Shown: piece after piece, positions 60,727-64,000 of the stretch
How the letters are laid out: every line of letters starts with the position of its first letter
Position numbering within the stretch: the first letter of the stretch is position 1
Assembly: GCA_031970715.1 (NCBI GenBank)
Contig: DALYHV010000001.1
Coordinates: forward strand, 9,251-73,250
Source: Gallionella sp.
Lineage (GTDB): Bacteria > Pseudomonadota > Gammaproteobacteria > Burkholderiales > Gallionellaceae
Direction of reading: 5' to 3'
DNA: 64,000 nt
Notes under the pieces: model-generated
The model's input: the letters and a program-made list of their open reading frames with translations, nothing else
Told to the model about the DNA's origin: nothing
Database searches by the model: none
Made by a program: the position numbers and the translations under genes

Positions 60727-60748
60727 TTATGTCTTATATAAGATATAA
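60727..60748. promoter_or_regulatory. 22-bp near-perfect palindrome (candidate GntR-type operator) in the divergent promoter region
   Basis: TTATGTCTTATATAAGATATAA is 20/22 self-complementary with a perfect 12-bp core TCTTATATAAGA. Lies between divergent genes starting at 60657 (-) and 60829 (+). Confidence 0.45.
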
Positions 60749-60828
60749 AATACTGGACATTAAGTTTTTGCCTGTGCTAAATTAAAACCGTCAACAAAAA
60801 AGCATTACTTGTTCTTGAGGGGGAACAC

Positions 60829-61551
60829 ATGACAACACCAAAATTTCAGCCGCTGTATCGGCAGATTAAAGCCTTGATTACCGACAGGCTGATTGCCGGG
60901 GAGTGGGTGCCGGGCGCGCCGATTCCCAGTGAAATGGATCTGGCGGCCAGTTTGGGCGTGAGCCAAGGCACGGTGCGCAAGGCCATCGACGAATTGGCTT
61001 CGGAGAATATTGTGGTGCGGCGGCAGGGCAAGGGCACCTTTGTGGCGACATATAGCGAAGAACGCGCCAAGTTGCGTTTTCTGCGCTTGACCGCCAGCGA
61101 TGGTAGCGCAGAAGCGCTGGAAAACCGCTTGCTGTCCTGTGAGCGCGGCAAGGCCACGGCGCAAATCGCTCGTATGTTGGACGTGGCGCGTGGTAGTTCG
61201 ATTATCGACATCAGTCGTGTGCTGTCCTTCGCGGGCACCCCGGTGATTCTGGATCGCATCGTGTTGCCCGCCGCACCGTTTGCCGGGGTGAGCGCCGAAT
61301 TGATTAACGAATACAGCGGCTCGATGTATCGCATGTATGAAACCCGCATGGGCATCAGCATGGTACGCGCCGAAGAACATCTGACCGCCGTGGGCGCGGA
61401 CGGTCCGGTGGCAACTGCGCTGGGGGTGGCGGAAGGCACGCCGCTCCTCAGCAATGAACGGGTGGCCTACACCTACGGCGACAAACCGATGGAATGGCGA
61501 CTGGGGCTGTGCCTGACGACGGCGCACCATTATGTGAATTTGCTGGATTAG
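60829..61551 (+). CDS. GntR-family transcriptional regulator (HutC/FarR-like, UTRA effector domain)
   Basis: 240 aa. N-terminal winged HTH PLYRQIKALITDRLIAGEWVPGAPIPSEMDLAASLGVSQGTVRKAIDELASENIVVRRQGKGTFV. Confidence 0.88.
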   Translation: MTTPKFQPLYRQIKALITDRLIAGEWVPGAPIPSEMDLAASLGVSQGTVRKAIDELASENIVVRRQGKGTFVATYSEERAKLRFLRLTASDGSAEALENRLLSCERGKATAQIARMLDVARGSSIIDISRVLSFAGTPVILDRIVLPAAPFAGVSAELINEYSGSMYRMYETRMGISMVRAEEHLTAVGADGPVATALGVAEGTPLLSNERVAYTYGDKPMEWRLGLCLTTAHHYVNLLD

Positions 61552-61558
61552 GGTTGGC

Positions 61559-61644
61559 GTAGGGTGCAATAAGCGAAAGCGCATTGCACCGATTTCTTGC
61601 CCAACCTGTTGATGGTGCAATGCGCTGCGCTTATTGCACCCTAC
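61559..61644. repeat. inverted pair of REP-like elements (GTAGGGTGCAATAAGCG...)
   Basis: 61559-61590 (+) and 61614-61644 (inverted) could form a long hairpin immediately after the gntR-family stop. Confidence 0.8.
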
Positions 61645-61664
61645 CGACTACAAAAGGAGCAACC

Positions 61665-62810
61665 ATGAACTACACCGATAAACAGCTCGGCAATGGCAGT
61701 AACAGCGGGGCAGCGGCGGACATCAGTACGCTGGGGGGGGCTTGGCCCGGCATTCAGTTGTATTACCCGCCGGTCAAGTACGCCCCGGCGCTGGGGATTT
61801 ATGAGGATTTGGAAGCGGCGTCGCTGCGTATGCAGAAGCACGCCCATCAAACCAATGCCCATACGCTGATTTTCGACTTGGAAGATGGTTGTCGGCAAAA
61901 GGCCATGAGCCGCGAGTTGCTGCGCATGGAGTTGCCCAAATTTACCCGCCACAGCGAAGTCAGCGTGGCCATCCGCGTTAACCCGTTCCGCACCGATGAA
62001 TATGAGCTGGACATGGCGCTGGTGCGCGACATGGCCGAGCACATCGACGTGATTATGCTGGCCAAAGCGGGCGAGGCGTATGGTTCGGCGGAGGTGCGCG
62101 ACTTGTCCAGTTTTCTGGTCAGCTTGAACCGCAACATCAGCATTCAGCCGATTATCGAACATCCCAAGTCGCTGAAAATCGCCCCGGATTTGATGCAGTA
62201 CAACACCGTCAAGCACGTGGTGTTCGGTATCCACGACTTTTCCAAAGCCATGGGGATTCAGATCACGCCGGAACATTGGACGGATGAGCTGAAATTTTTC
62301 CTGAACCAAATCATGTTCGAGGCGCGTATCGCCGGTAAGGGCGTGATTGGTGGCGTGGAAACGCTGATTGGCTCCAGCATCATGCCGAATGATTTTGTTG
62401 AACCGCATGACGTGCGGCGCTGGCTGGATCTGCACGGCGAGGAAGAGTCGCGCATCGTGTACAAACATGCGTGTCAGGAAGCCGCCATGGGCCTGACCGG
62501 CAAGCAGGTGATTCATCCCGGGCACATCCACCTGTGTAAAGTCGCCTACACCCCGTCGCCCACCGACGTGGCGCGCAAGGTGCGCATCCTCAAGGCAGCG
62601 ATTGAAGCCGACGCGCTGCTGGGCGGGGCGATTCGGATTGACGGCGAAATGCTGGATCCACCGATGTTCGGCAAGGCGCTGCAAACCTTGTTGCGTGCGC
62701 ATGCGCTGCGCGCGCTGACCCCGGAAGACACGGCATTCGCCATTCAAGTGTTACAACTGATGCCACCACAAGTGGTTCGTGAAAACTGGCCATACGGCAT
62801 TATTTTGTGA
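61665..62810 (+). CDS. CitE/HpcH-superfamily CoA-ester lyase-like protein (paralogue 3, long N-terminus)
   Basis: Start moved to the ATG at 61665 (RBS AAGGAG; MNYTDKQLGNGSNSG...). Canonical LIFDLEDG, IIEHP and FGIHDF blocks. 381 aa. Confidence 0.7.
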   Translation: MNYTDKQLGNGSNSGAAADISTLGGAWPGIQLYYPPVKYAPALGIYEDLEAASLRMQKHAHQTNAHTLIFDLEDGCRQKAMSRELLRMELPKFTRHSEVSVAIRVNPFRTDEYELDMALVRDMAEHIDVIMLAKAGEAYGSAEVRDLSSFLVSLNRNISIQPIIEHPKSLKIAPDLMQYNTVKHVVFGIHDFSKAMGIQITPEHWTDELKFFLNQIMFEARIAGKGVIGGVETLIGSSIMPNDFVEPHDVRRWLDLHGEEESRIVYKHACQEAAMGLTGKQVIHPGHIHLCKVAYTPSPTDVARKVRILKAAIEADALLGGAIRIDGEMLDPPMFGKALQTLLRAHALRALTPEDTAFAIQVLQLMPPQVVRENWPYGIIL

Positions 62811-62826
62811 TTTTTGGAGTCGAGCC

Positions 62827-62857
62827 GTAGGGTGCAATAAGCGCAGCGCATTGCACC
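62827..62857 (+). repeat. REP-like hairpin element GTAGGGTGCAATAAGCGCAGCGCATTGCACC
   Basis: Same family as 46762, 61559 and 61614. Confidence 0.8.
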
Positions 62858-62905
62858 AGATGTGCTAACGATTACCGACTAGCAGCTACCGACTAGGAGA
62901 ACAGC

Positions 62906-64000
62906 ATGTCCAACTTTGCCCCTTTCCCCGCCTGGCACTGGCAAGTACCGGCGCAATTCAACATCGGCGTGGCCTGTACCGACGCGCATCTCGGCACGCC
63001 GGTGGCGCAACATATCGCCATGATCGTCGAGGATGACAGCCTCGGCACCTCGCAAATTTCTTTCGCGCAATTGGCCGAGCGCACCAGCCGCTTCGCGCAG
63101 TTGCTGCGCAATCTGGGCTTGGGTACCGGCGAGCGGGTGTTGATTCGCCTGCCCAATTCGCTGGATTACCCCACGGCCTTTCTGGGTGCGATGAAGCGCG
63201 GCGCGATTTCCGTGCCGACTTCCACCTTGCTGACGGCGGAGGAAGTGGTGTATCTGGCGCAGGATTCCGGCGCGTCGGTGCTGGTGACGGACAAGGCTGC
63301 TTGGGCGACCTTGAAAGACAAACTGGGCCAAGCCGCCCATTTGCGCCACGTGCTGTTGTCCGGGCCGGGCGCGGTGGAAGCGGTGCCGGGGCTGGACGTG
63401 CAGGATTTGGACACGGCGCTGGCGGCGATTGCCGAATGCGAGCCGCCCCATCCCACCGCCGCCGATGATCCGGCCTATCTGGTTTATACCTCCGGCACCA
63501 CCGGCTACCCCAAAGGCGTGCTGCACGCCCACCGCGCCCTGATTGGTCGCACGCCCGCTTCGACCTATTGGTTTGATTTTGCCGACGGCGCGGATGACCG
63601 CATCATGCACTCCGGCAAGTTCAACTGGACGTATGTGCTGGGTTCCGGCCTGATGGATCCGCTGTATCGCGGCAAAACCGTCATCGTGCACGAAGGCAAA
63701 AACAACGTCGATACCTGGCCGCGCCTGATTAAAAAGCACAACGCCACCATTTTCATCGGCGTGCCGACCATTTACCGCCAAATCGTGCAAAAGAGCAGCT
63801 ACCGCCGTGCCGACGTGCCCAGCCTGCGTCACTGCATGAGCGCCGGGGAACACCTGTCGGATGAAGTGTTGAGCCAATGGCACGAACGCTTTGGCGTGGA
63901 TATTTATGAAGCGGTGGGCATGTCGGAATTTTCCTACTACCTCAGTCAGAGCAAATTCCGCCCCATCCGCCCCGGCTCTGCTGGGTTCCCGCAACCGGGG
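62906..64000 (+). CDS. AMP-forming acyl-CoA synthetase/ligase, N-terminal 365 codons (runs off the right edge)
   Basis: Absent from the ORF track because there is no stop in the window. ATG at 62906 after AGGAGA. MSNFAPFPAWHWQVPAQFNIGVAC... and the AMP-binding signature YTSGTTGYPKG at about 63490. The listed 62879..63994 minus ORF is its antisense shadow. Confidence 0.85.
   Translation, partial: MSNFAPFPAWHWQVPAQFNIGVACTDAHLGTPVAQHIAMIVEDDSLGTSQISFAQLAERTSRFAQLLRNLGLGTGERVLIRLPNSLDYPTAFLGAMKRGAISVPTSTLLTAEEVVYLAQDSGASVLVTDKAAWATLKDKLGQAAHLRHVLLSGPGAVEAVPGLDVQDLDTALAAIAECEPPHPTAADDPAYLVYTSGTTGYPKGVLHAHRALIGRTPASTYWFDFADGADDRIMHSGKFNWTYVLGSGLMDPLYRGKTVIVHEGKNNVDTWPRLIKKHNATIFIGVPTIYRQIVQKSSYRRADVPSLRHCMSAGEHLSDEVLSQWHERFGVDIYEAVGMSEFSYYLSQSKFRPIRPGSAGFPQPG

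Overview
GC-rich (about 60% by eye) bacterial chromosomal segment. The order tpiA-secG-tRNA-Leu-nuoA..N is one I associate with Betaproteobacteria; this is inference from memory, not a search. Contents left to right: (1) 1-4.0 kb, early region of a Mu-like transposable prophage (partial gam, small genes, MuB-like ATPase, DDE transposase) ending flush against the nuo terminator. (2) 4.0-18.4 kb, complete 14-gene NADH dehydrogenase I operon nuoA-N on the minus strand. (3) tRNA-Leu(GAG), secG, tpiA, trpD, trpG. (4) 21.6-26.3 kb, a low-GC accessory islet with a MntA/HepT toxin-antitoxin pair and a roughly 1,180-codon orphan gene. That gene has a restriction-endonuclease-like N-terminus and a long helical body, and is interrupted by one frameshift. 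(5) lipA, then a tightly packed 16-kb O-antigen-type operon: GDP-fucose genes, CDP-3,6-dideoxyhexose genes, Wzx, five GT2 glycosyltransferases and a methyltransferase. (6) tolC, a pcm-like methyltransferase, a 2-Cys peroxiredoxin and a DUF1622 protein. (7) A type I R-M locus (hsdR-hsdM-truncated DUF1016-hsdS) with a duplicated hsdM tail. (8) A UbiH-family hydroxylase carrying an in-frame palindromic repeat insertion. (9) maeB. (10) A GntR-controlled CoA-ester module with three CitE/HpcH paralogues, a MaoC hydratase and an acyl-CoA ligase, with unusual CGACTAG-type repeats in its leaders. No rRNA gene or CRISPR array was seen. The observations most worth follow-up are the frameshifted orphan gene and its islet, and an orphan inverted 51-bp copy of the UbiH-family gene tail 28 kb from the gene, differing only at synonymous sites. 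Next come the in-frame repeat element inside that gene, the hsdM-tail duplication, and the stop-rich repeat motif in the CoA-ester module. All family assignments come from motif and sequence recognition by eye; no database search was run.
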